The notes under the pieces were generated by a model. It was not told the DNA's origin, searched no databases, and worked only from the letters and a program-made list of their open reading frames with translations. A DNA stretch of 64,000 nucleotides from NCBI GenBank assembly GCA_002269645.1, contig NIVC01000168.1, positions 1-64,000 on the forward strand. Reading direction: 5' to 3'. Shown piece by piece: positions 37,028 to 47,259 of this stretch. Position 1 is the stretch's first letter; each line of letters opens with the position of its first letter. A program made the translations under genes and the position numbers. This stretch comes from Macrostomum lignano (taxonomy: Eukaryota).

Positions 37028-37418
37028 ACCGATGGATCAAGCTTAGCTCAAGTAAAGCGGTTATTGACCGAAGAATGTGAATATCGTAACTCGTCGTTTG
37101 TAACAGTTTTCTCAAAACACATTCTTTTACTTGAAGATATATGTATACCTAATATTTCATTTATAAATTTTATAAATATTTATATTAATCTTAATTTTGG
37201 TGCTTGCTTATCTTAAATCTTTTTAATTGCAAGCAGAATGTTCAATCGCCATAGCGTACAGAATTTTTCACGTTTTTTGCTACGCTGCATTTTTACATAT
37301 CTATTGTACTTTCAGTACCGCATGGCAAGTGTTTGTCGTATTTAACAGTTAAAATTTATTTCTTTATTTATTAGTAATCGTTACACATTGTTTTTTGGTT
37401 CCAAGTAGCTCGTACTTA

Positions 37419-38428
37419 TACTCAGCAGCAGTCAAAAGTGCTATCCAACTTCCACTTCTCAATTAAAATTCAACCCACGAGTTTTACGTAACTATGTAGC
37501 CAAGTCAAGGGACAGTAACAGGGTAACAGTCTATCTCAATAGAGTGCTTTATTTTTAGTTTTTTTCGGTAATGTAGGAAAATAGCCAAATCAATTTGCAA
37601 AATTACCGATTCGGAGTTACCAAAGACCAAGTTAAGTGCATCATAGTTAATTTAAGTAGCAGAATCGTTTGGTTCTGTATACTTTTTATGCCCATGTACT
37701 CTGCCAAGCGCAGGCAGTCTTCTCTTTGCTCAAGTGCGTCTTTCAATCGCTGCTTAATCCTCAGCGGATATTCTGGCTCGGGCGGCAGCCATTTACTGTT
37801 GAGTTGGCATTGTCCCACCAGGTTTGGCCTTTTGTATCCATCGTTGTCACTGCGCAACAGATTAGCGCTCTTATTGGCTAATTTACAATTTGAACTGGTG
37901 TTTGCACTTGACTTGGTTAGATAATTAACTGGTTTTTGACCTTGCATTGTTATAGTATCCTCAGGAGAATTTTTATAACAAAAAACATCAGCCCTAAAGG
38001 CCAGCTATATCGCCTAAGATATCTGTATCTCCTTTGAGCTTTGGCATCAACGCCTCCCTTTAGGCCATTATTTAATCCTATTTCTCCCTTCGATCTACCT
38101 TTGGCTTGGCCTACCAAAAACTTCAAAATGAACCTTCTAAATGAAACTTCCAAATATCTCATTAACACTCCCTAAACCGCCACAGCATTTCAGCAATTCC
38201 CCCATAAGCTTTGACATGTCAGGGATCCTCCCTGAGAGCCTCAGCAGATTTGGCTATTTGCCAGATAAACTGAATTTTATGCATTTGGGATGTGGAACTT
38301 AAGTTGGATATAGTACTACGTGACCGAAAATGCCTATAAAGTGTGTACAGTTTTTGTAAGCTATCTAAAGTGCAAAATTTTCGACTTGCGTGAAGGGTAG
38401 CACTAGCACTTTTGACTATTGCTGAATA
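37419..38428. mobile_element. About 1-kb internally decayed DNA transposon, TA TSD
   Basis: TATACTCAGCAGCAGTCAAAAGTGCTA (37417-43) and TAGCACTTTTGACTATTGCTGAATATA (38404-30), 27 bp with about 3 mismatches. No recognisable transposase motif. Confidence 0.7.
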
Positions 38429-39504
38429 TACGCGCCAGAAAATTCAAGATTTTCTGTCGTTGTGGTGCTACTAAACTTAAGACACAATAAGTACGTCGTA
38501 AAATATTAGACTCATTTACTCGCCATATATTTTTGTAGGGTCCCACCTCGAGAACAAACTCTATGTGCCTTGCGTCCTATTGTCATGCAACTATATAGTC
38601 CATTGTGTAATAATTTACGCATGCTCAACATCTGCATCGTAGCTCTCGTCATTGAGGCACAGTGCTTTTCGAAAGCTGTAAATCTTACACTGCGTCCCAT
38701 TGCTAGCCGTGTGTGCAGGCCTAAGTTGTCTCGTCTTGTTTGTGGGGTTGTTTGAAAGGCTCATTTACAGGTATATAACTTTAAGTGAGTTGTGCGTACT
38801 TTTACGCTTAGAATTCACTCGTAATTAAAATAAAGCAAGTGTATCTTGCTTCTCTTGCTTGTATTTTTTGTGTGCTTATTATTGTAAAATTAATTCTTTT
38901 GGCGCTTTTGCAGCATGTTTAATAATAATTTGATAAGTTTAATACCGAGTGAAAAAGTTTGCTTAAAAGTTCGGAATGCTTGTGCTTTTATTTTGATTCA
39001 ACTCCAAACTTCTTTAGCTGTGTATTTCAACATCTAGCTAGGTTATTGCAATATTAAATGAAGTTTTAGTATATGTTTGCCTTTATAATAGATCGTCCAC
39101 TGAAAAGTTGCAAAGATTTACTTTGATACCTTAACTAATTGTAGCTCGTAACTAACTGATTGCTAAATAGAACTTCCAACGTGTGTACTAAACTCGTGTG
39201 CTTCGAACGGTTAAGACCAAAAGGACTAAAAACTGAGAAACTGTTTGTGGCCTATTGCAAGGTCTAAACTCACTTTAAGACTCTAATGTACGAGCTCGTA
39301 GAAGAACGCAGCAGTTCCCTGAAATTGTCTACTAGCTAGCCGCCCTGATCCTTGAGATGAGATACTCGTAGAGCTGGTAGAGTTGCAGTGTGGTGACAAT
39401 ATAAGATGTCGCCTACTGATTACTTGTACTTGCATTGGTTCAGACTAATTACAGAAAAATGATTGAATTTTTGTTTATATGCATGCCGGACGCTAACCGC
39501 AGCC

Positions 39505-41142
39505 ATGTCCAGCGATACCCACCGCATGTGCATTGTCAGATCCTGTTACCAAGCGTCTGATAGCGTGAGTCCTTATTCCGGATTCGCTCTGTGTCAGCAA
39601 CATCTTGGTAGCGATCTTGAACGGCTTGAACAGAGAGAAACTGAAGTTTTAAATAAACTGAATACTGTCGCGGCTAATTCGGAGAAGCAAACTTTTCGAC
39701 TAGAACAGCAAGCGATTCAAATAGAAATGCAAGAAATTGACGACATGTTTGAATCTGTGCAGGCGAGGCTCCAGCTGTGGAAAGAGCAGCTGGTTTCCAG
39801 TGTCCAACAGATCCACGATGCATTTGCTAGTAGGCTGAGAGATGTCGCCGATGCTGAGCATTGTCTGAAAGACATTCATTCGGCACGGTCCAGCGGGAAG
39901 TTGCGCAAAGTGATGAAGCTAATACTATCTGTTGAAAACTTTGCCGATGAAGCCGTCGATAGATCGGCAATTTTTGACGACTTTCGAGCAAGGCTTCGTG
40001 AAATTACTATGGAACGCGATAAGGATAATGACTCTGATGACGATAATGGTGATGAAGATGAAGACGAGTCTTTGAAAACTACTATCTATCGATGCATTGG
40101 TGATGTGTCATCTGAAGTGCAGATGCTACAATCACTGATTGACAAGCATATGCATAGTGTAATGGAGTATTGCCAAATTGACGGCGAATCGCCAGACAAG
40201 CCAGTTTGTCCACCTTTGAAGCAGTCAATTACTCTGCCAGGAGAGCCGCGTTATCTAACTCTGTGTACGAACACAAGTGGATACGTGTGCAACATGAATG
40301 ACTGCGTGGTTTCGCTCAAGTCTGTTGCGAACGCCTCTTATCGAGAATTACCAATGCCCACTATCTTTGTTGCGCTAAGACCAGGTAGCAGTTCTTTACT
40401 GCTGGGCGTTTCTTTTAACATGCGTCGCAAGTTTAAACTAATCTGCGAGAAATTCGACTGGAACAAGGCTATTACCGGCCTTCATTGTGACAATTTGCGT
40501 CAGAGATTATTTTTAGCTCAGGAGCACGCAGTGACAGTGACAGATTTGTGCGGCCAAGTTATTAGAGTAGTTGCTACAAGCCAATTGGGCTTGACTGCAG
40601 GACGAATCTCCGGTATGTCCTGCAATGGTGACAAAGTGTTTGTAATTGTACTGGGAACTAATCAACAAGTGCTTTCGTTTAGTAAGGCCTCTGGAGTGCT
40701 CGAATCCTGCCTCGATGTGAGCGCCTACGGCGAAGGTACATGTGGTCTGCGAAAGCTGTGTCTGCAAGAGGGCAAGATCTGGCTCGCTGACTGGAAGTCA
40801 TCGAAGGTGCTAAAAGTTTGCAGCATCACTGGACAGTTGATTTCAACTACAAAGGCCGATTTTCGGTCTTCTATGACGGAAATAATGCCTCTGCACCTAG
40901 CAAGCGACGATTATGGTCGACTGTACGTCAGCGAGCTGAAGAATCACAGCGTTCAGTCCATTTCAAGCGCAACTGACAATGACGAATTTTTATTTGGAAG
41001 TCCAGGCGAAGCGGGTAATAGCGAAGAAGTCTTCAATAGGCCTGCCGATATAATTGTTTTCAACAGTGAGGCTGTTGGCTACAAGATTCTAGTCGTAGCT
41101 GATACTAACAACATGCGTTTGTGCGCTTTTCGTCTTGTTTAA
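39505..41142 (+). CDS. Array gene 3: B-box-like/coiled-coil/beta-propeller protein, 545 aa, with an acidic linker insertion
   Basis: ATG at 39505 within ORF 39463-41142. Closest to gene 2. Insertion DKDNDSDDDNGDEDEDE. NHL-like end FNRPADIIV...VVADTNNMRLCAF. Confidence 0.88.
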   Translation: MSSDTHRMCIVRSCYQASDSVSPYSGFALCQQHLGSDLERLEQRETEVLNKLNTVAANSEKQTFRLEQQAIQIEMQEIDDMFESVQARLQLWKEQLVSSVQQIHDAFASRLRDVADAEHCLKDIHSARSSGKLRKVMKLILSVENFADEAVDRSAIFDDFRARLREITMERDKDNDSDDDNGDEDEDESLKTTIYRCIGDVSSEVQMLQSLIDKHMHSVMEYCQIDGESPDKPVCPPLKQSITLPGEPRYLTLCTNTSGYVCNMNDCVVSLKSVANASYRELPMPTIFVALRPGSSSLLLGVSFNMRRKFKLICEKFDWNKAITGLHCDNLRQRLFLAQEHAVTVTDLCGQVIRVVATSQLGLTAGRISGMSCNGDKVFVIVLGTNQQVLSFSKASGVLESCLDVSAYGEGTCGLRKLCLQEGKIWLADWKSSKVLKVCSITGQLISTTKADFRSSMTEIMPLHLASDDYGRLYVSELKNHSVQSISSATDNDEFLFGSPGEAGNSEEVFNRPADIIVFNSEAVGYKILVVADTNNMRLCAFRLV

Positions 41143-42061
41143 ATCGTTGGATCAGTTAAGCTTTTTCGTCTGGGTGCTTACGAACACTTGCTAAATTTTA
41201 CATAAAACTTTTCTGATGCGTAGATTTGACGAATTTTACTAACCTAAACTTCTTTGATGATTCCTTTTAAAACTTTTTTACTCCTCAATTTTTTCTTTCC
41301 TGTTGCTAATATTTTTTTAATTTCTACTGTTATTAATTTTTAGTCCTGCTTATTAAACGATTCTGTTCTACTTGAAGATGGCGAGAATTTAAATTTGATG
41401 TTGCATTTCTGACCAGATGTTAAAATGTTCTTGCAAATACCTACGAGTGTTTTTTTAACAATTAGAAATTTCGATTGAATTTTTGTTCCGAATTACTGCT
41501 TAAACTTTTCTAGAAACTGACTGGTGCAGATACGAGTATATACGCTATATTTTGCTATACGAGTGTAAATGCAAGATTGCAAGTATTAGTCCAATATAAT
41601 GTGCATTTTTATAGTTTATGGAACGTCTGGCGCTTGTTATTGATATGCAATAAAATATTTAAAAATAGATAGCTATAGCTTTGTGCTTTCAAAAATATAC
41701 AGTTTTAATCGTTCTAGTTTATCTAAATATACTGGCTACTAATTTTTCCTCAAAGGAAAACTCAACAAAGATAATTTATTTGGACGTAAAACTGTTTAAC
41801 TTAATACATCTACTTTAGAAGCCCTTAGAGATGTACTTTTGTGATTTAATGGTTTTGTGATTCAACACTTTGTTTTCTAAATCATATTATAATAGTGACA
41901 CAAGAGTGTTATGCCACTAAAGCGGGCCACTATAGTGGGGAAAATTCAGGACCATTCTTTTTTCCGAGTTGATTTAAAGAGTATATAGGCTAAGAAACTT
42001 AGACTACTTATTATGTTTTACAAGTTTCACATTGTATTTTTCTACCTCACTCAAGAGAAAA

Positions 42062-43642
42062 ATGAAGCGCAAATACTGCAGTACAGAAAATCTAAATGAA
42101 AATAAATGCTCGTCTAAATTTTGCAACCATCAAGCTATGGGTATGAGTCCACTTACTGGACTGCCATTCTGTGAACAGCATCTCACAAGTGAACTAGAAA
42201 AGGTCAAAAAGCGTCGAACAGATTTATTAGAAAAACTTGAGACCGTCATCGCTGAGTCTGAGAGACGCTCGCTGCGACTGGAGCAGCAGGCCCTGGCCAC
42301 AGAGTTGCAGGAGGTCGCGGACATGTTCGATGCGGCTCAGGAGCGACTCCAGCAGTGGAGAGACCGGCTGATGTCGCGTGTGCAGGAGGTGCACGATGCA
42401 GTCGCCGAGAGGCTGCGAGACGCGAGCCAAGCAGAAGAGTGCGCCAAGGAGGTGAAGGATGAGAACTCTCAGGTCGGGGACTGTGGAAAGCTGTTTGCCT
42501 CAGTAGAGTCGTGGCTCGACGAGGCCTGCAGTCGGTCGGAGAAGTTCAGCCAGCAACAAGTCGAGCTGCGCAATCGGCAGAGCCGTCAGCTGGACGATCA
42601 GGCAGCAGCAGGTACTGTTTTCCGGTGTGTGGGAGACGTAACAGCAGGTGTTGAGCAGCTGCAGTTCGAGATCGACAGACATCTGACAGGTGTGATGCGG
42701 CAGTGCTGGCTCGATGACAGAGAGGCGTCTCCCGTGCTCCGGCCTTCGGGCTCGATCTCGGATCTGCCGAGCGGTCTTCGGTATCTGGCGCTGTGCAGCA
42801 ACACTCGGGGCTTCGCAGCCGACCCGTCGGGTCGCATAGTTCGAATCGACGCTTCGACTGAGGTGTGCGAGCCTCTGCCTGAACTTTGCGTCATTGTGGC
42901 ATTCCATATAAATTCAGTTGAATATCTACAAATGATTTCACTTGATGGAGGCCTTCGACTTCCATGCGAGATTGACTTGGATTGGAATAGTTTTATATAT
43001 GGTGTCCGGTGTGACAATATTCGCCAAAATTTGTATGTAGCGCAAGGCGAAGTGGTTAGTGTCGCCGATTTGTCTGGTCGTATGCTTCGCCAGATCAGGG
43101 ATACTGAAATTGCTGAAGCTAACTGCGTTATCTGCTCAATCGATTGTAACTCAGATAAACTATTTGTTCTGACGACAACTCCGAATCGACTGGTTGGTTT
43201 TAACAAGGATTCTTGGAAGATTGAACTGTCAGTCGATATTGATTCCGTATGCCCTTCAAGCGGGGTTCACAAGTTATCAATTGTTAACTGCAAGGCTATT
43301 TTATCTTATCAGGGTTGCTCTCGAGTTCTTCGAGTCTGTTGCATAACTGGTCAGCTATTAATGTCGTATCCCGTTGATTATCGCCTTATTAAAAAGATTC
43401 GTCGACCTATGCAAGTTGCTTTTAATAGCCGCGGCCTTCTGTTTGTGAATGAGAACCGCCAATTTGTTCGAGTTTTGACTAACGATGGAGTTTGTCTACA
43501 AGTTCTGTGTAGACCAGATGGTCTAGGCAGACAGCAGTTTAATTGTGCGATGGGTGTCCTGGTCTGCACTGAGACCAGTCCGAACGTGCTTCTTGTTGCC
43601 GATTCTGTTGATGAGAAGCTGTATGTGTTTGATATCGTTTAA
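42062..43642 (+). CDS. Array gene 4: B-box-like/coiled-coil/beta-propeller protein, 526 aa
   Basis: ATG at 42062. CSSKFC...FCEQH. RRPMQVAFNSRGLLFV and QQFNCAMGV are NHL-like. Confidence 0.88.
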   Translation: MKRKYCSTENLNENKCSSKFCNHQAMGMSPLTGLPFCEQHLTSELEKVKKRRTDLLEKLETVIAESERRSLRLEQQALATELQEVADMFDAAQERLQQWRDRLMSRVQEVHDAVAERLRDASQAEECAKEVKDENSQVGDCGKLFASVESWLDEACSRSEKFSQQQVELRNRQSRQLDDQAAAGTVFRCVGDVTAGVEQLQFEIDRHLTGVMRQCWLDDREASPVLRPSGSISDLPSGLRYLALCSNTRGFAADPSGRIVRIDASTEVCEPLPELCVIVAFHINSVEYLQMISLDGGLRLPCEIDLDWNSFIYGVRCDNIRQNLYVAQGEVVSVADLSGRMLRQIRDTEIAEANCVICSIDCNSDKLFVLTTTPNRLVGFNKDSWKIELSVDIDSVCPSSGVHKLSIVNCKAILSYQGCSRVLRVCCITGQLLMSYPVDYRLIKKIRRPMQVAFNSRGLLFVNENRQFVRVLTNDGVCLQVLCRPDGLGRQQFNCAMGVLVCTETSPNVLLVADSVDEKLYVFDIV

Positions 43643-44978
43643 AACTTTTGTAATGTTTCAGTTTTTACAATGTAGTGAGGGTATGGAGCTAAAAATCGAC
43701 ATTTTTCTTATCTAGAGCGATATCCTTAGGTTTTGTGTGAAAAATTCAACATCTATGCTAAAACACATGTGACAACAAGGAGATGGCTACTTACTTTCAA
43801 TAAAACTGACGTAGCTGCCAAACCAATTTTTCATAGAAATTGCATAGAAACTGCCCAGTCCAGGAAGTGTCCGAGTATGCGTCATGCTTGCTTGCTCGTA
43901 CTTACATATACTTGACTTGGCCCGTGCCGTGAGCAGTCCTGACTCCACTTACGAAGTTACATACAAGAGTGTAGAAATACGTTAAGAAAATTAAACGCAA
44001 CCTTTGCTCTAATTTTATAATTTTTAACTTTCAGTATCTTCTTTAAGATTCACAAGTTAGCAAACAGCATTACCCATTTCGCTCCACCTGCCTTTTAATG
44101 TATCTTCCTTGGACCAATACTTTCAATACGACTGTAAATTGATTTTATATTTTAATAGCATGCGATAAAAATTTTTGTTTGCTGTAGTGTAAGCAATGAT
44201 ATTTTTTGTACGGTACACACTATTTTGTAAGTAGGTGGGAATCTTCCAAGTTCCAATATTGCAACAAATGTTCGTTTTAAATGTATTCAGACAAATTTTC
44301 GGCTCTAAAATCTGATGCCTGTGTGTAAATTGATTTGCTAAGTTCTTTTTTTAAGTAGCGTGCAAAAGGCAGCATTATCAATCTATTTCTATTGGTGTAC
44401 AACGAGTACAAATAAAAAGTGTATTCGGCATTCATCGCTCAGCTTCTACGATCAAGTAACGCAATAGAATTATTCCTATTCTATTTGATTTGTTTTCTGA
44501 GCTTAGTATACAGGATTTAGTTTAAACTTTGACTTTAAAATATTCCTTTAATTTTGTAGGGCAAATCCCACACGAACCTCAGAAAACAAAGCTACTGCCT
44601 CGTTCTACTGTTTACTTTTGCTACACTACAAACAAACTTGCATGCAACTCGTCGTTCAGGAAAACGGGTGGGCTAGATTAAAAATTGTGCTTGTAATCAT
44701 TCGCCTGAAAGTGATAAACCCTGGCGTATAATAATTATTATAAAAACCGTCTCTTAAGAAAAAACAATCTGATACGACCTATCTACATTAAAAAAGCATT
44801 TTTGTTTAGGAATGTGTCGGATTACGGATAAATATGCATTTTTTTGCTTGTTAGGCCAAATTAGTTGATTTTTTGGTTGCCATTTTTTTGCTTCATTTTT
44901 GGAGTCTAAAAAGGGCATTTAAGAAAACAAATACCACTTACAAACGTTATAAAATCCCTTTCTGACTAAATAGAAAGG

Positions 44979-46559
44979 ATGACCTCAACCGCCGACTCCA
45001 CCGACTGCTGCTCGTCAAAATTCTGTGGTCAGACGGCAGCCGGTGTAGGCAGACTCACCTGTCTGCCTTTCTGCGAGAAACATCTTCAGGTTGACATGAA
45101 AAGACTGGAAAAGCGGAAAACAGATCTGCTTGAGAGACTTAAGACCGTCATCTCTGAGTCTGAAAGACGCTCGCTCCGACTGGAGCAGCAGGCCCTGGCC
45201 ACAGAGTTGCAGGAGGTCGCGGACATGTTCGATGCAGCTCAGGAGCGACTCCAGCAGTGGAGAGACCGGCTGATGTCGCGTGTGCAGGAGGTGCACGATG
45301 CAGTCGCCGAGAGGCTGCGAGACGCGAGCCAAGCAGAAGAGTGCGCCAAGGAGGTGAAGGATGAGAACTCTCAGGTCGAGGACTGTGGAAAGCTGTTTGC
45401 CTCAGTAGAGTCGTGGCTCGACGAGGCCTGCAGTCAGTCGGAGAAGTTCAGCCAGCAACGAGTCGAGCTGCGCAATCGGCAGAGCCGTCAGTTGGACGAT
45501 CAGGCAGCAGCAGGTAATGTTTTCCGGTGTGTGGGAGACGTAGCAGCAGGTGTTGAGCAGCTGCAGTTCGAGATCGACAGACATCTGACAGGTGTGATGC
45601 GGCAGTGCTGGCTCGATGACAGAGAGGCGTCTCCCGTGCTCCGGCCTTCGGGCTCGATCTCGGATCTGCCGAGCGGTCCTCGGTACCTGGCGCTGTGCAA
45701 CAACACTCGGGGCTTCGCAGCCGACCCGTCGGGTCGCATAGTTCGAGCCGACGCTTCGAATGAGGCGTGCGAGCCCCTGCCTGATGTGTGTGTCATAGCT
45801 AGTTTTGAGCTAAATACTGTAGCTTATTTACTACTAATTTCACTTAAGTCCGATGTTCGACTTCGCTGCGAGACCAATTTGAATTGGGCCCGCCGTATTT
45901 ACGGGCTTCAGTGTGACAGCAAGCGGCAGCATGTGTACGTTGCGCAGGCTCAAGCTGTGACCGTGATCGACCTGTCTGGTACCGTGATTCGCAGTGTCAG
46001 CAAAGCCGATTTTGTTAGCACTGTTGGTCCAATCCGATCCATTGATTCCAGCTCAGACAAATTGTTTGTATTGGCTACTGACCCCTATCGATTATTTTGC
46101 TTCTGCAAAGATTCGTGGCAATGCGAGCTGTTGACTGATTTGTCTGAACTGACTTCTAGTTGCATGGTCAACAGTTTTTCAGTTCATGGTAGCAAAATTC
46201 TTTTGTGCGATAGAACTTGCGGTCGGATTCTACGAGTGTGCGGAATTAGCGGTCAGCTACTAAAGTCATATACCCTATCTGGTGAAGTTGTTGACAGTTT
46301 TTACCGCACACTGCATCTAGTTCTGAGCAACTGTGGCCTGTTATTTGTTAGCGATCTAAAACATCACGTTGTAAAAGTCATGAAGTCCAGCGGACCACAT
46401 ATTCAGACAGTCGGTACTCCGGGTCAGTGCGGTCAGTTAAATCATCAGTTTAATGGGCCTGCCGGTATTGTTATTACCAGTGACATGAGCTCGAATCAAC
46501 TTTTCGTGGCTGATTCAAACAACAAAAGAGTTTGCATTTTTGAGCTTACGTTTATGTGA
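44979..46559 (+). CDS. Array gene 5: B-box-like/coiled-coil/beta-propeller protein, 526 aa
   Basis: Intact ORF. HQFNGPAGIVI...LFVADSNNKRVCIF is an NHL-type blade. Confidence 0.88.
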   Translation: MTSTADSTDCCSSKFCGQTAAGVGRLTCLPFCEKHLQVDMKRLEKRKTDLLERLKTVISESERRSLRLEQQALATELQEVADMFDAAQERLQQWRDRLMSRVQEVHDAVAERLRDASQAEECAKEVKDENSQVEDCGKLFASVESWLDEACSQSEKFSQQRVELRNRQSRQLDDQAAAGNVFRCVGDVAAGVEQLQFEIDRHLTGVMRQCWLDDREASPVLRPSGSISDLPSGPRYLALCNNTRGFAADPSGRIVRADASNEACEPLPDVCVIASFELNTVAYLLLISLKSDVRLRCETNLNWARRIYGLQCDSKRQHVYVAQAQAVTVIDLSGTVIRSVSKADFVSTVGPIRSIDSSSDKLFVLATDPYRLFCFCKDSWQCELLTDLSELTSSCMVNSFSVHGSKILLCDRTCGRILRVCGISGQLLKSYTLSGEVVDSFYRTLHLVLSNCGLLFVSDLKHHVVKVMKSSGPHIQTVGTPGQCGQLNHQFNGPAGIVITSDMSSNQLFVADSNNKRVCIFELTFM

Positions 46560-47259
46560 CTTAACTTGAAGACTTTGATCAATTTATGCAGCTGTTTGAT
46601 AGATCAGCAACAAAGGTGCTCTTGACCTTGCGCTTTCTAGTTGAGAGCTGTGTACAATGTACAGGGTGTCAGAACGCCCACCCTATTTATACATTGCAGC
46701 TTCTAACTGCTTACCCTATTACATTAGGGCGAACTCAAGCCCTGCTGCAATTGTGATGTCCTTATTCAAGCGCCTGGAACAGTTTGTTAATTTTAAGATG
46801 TCTACTGAGATTTAGAATATAAGAATCTGTATTCACTATGTACATTATGTTTTGTATTGAACAAATTTATTTTCATTATTCTCGCATTATTAAGCAAATG
46901 CAAATTCTCAAATTAAAAAACTACAAGCAAGGTAGCTTTTGATAGTCTTTTGCATACCGTCTTTGTTGTCTATTTATCGATTTGTACGAGTGTAGTTGTT
47001 TAAAGTACATTGAACTTCGGTGCTGCAAGACAGGCATTCCATCTAGAGTAGCCATAAGAAATATTGTACGTACACTGGAATTGTTAAAGCAGAACATTTT
47101 TTTTAAAACTACTTAACTGTTTCCGTTTAGTTTAAATTTCCTAGGCTTTACATTTTAACTACTGTCTACAAGATTATTTGTATGTTTGCTTCTTTCGTAC
47201 GGTAATCACACATTTAATCATATACATGTATTTCTCACGTTTCAGGTGACAGATTCAGT

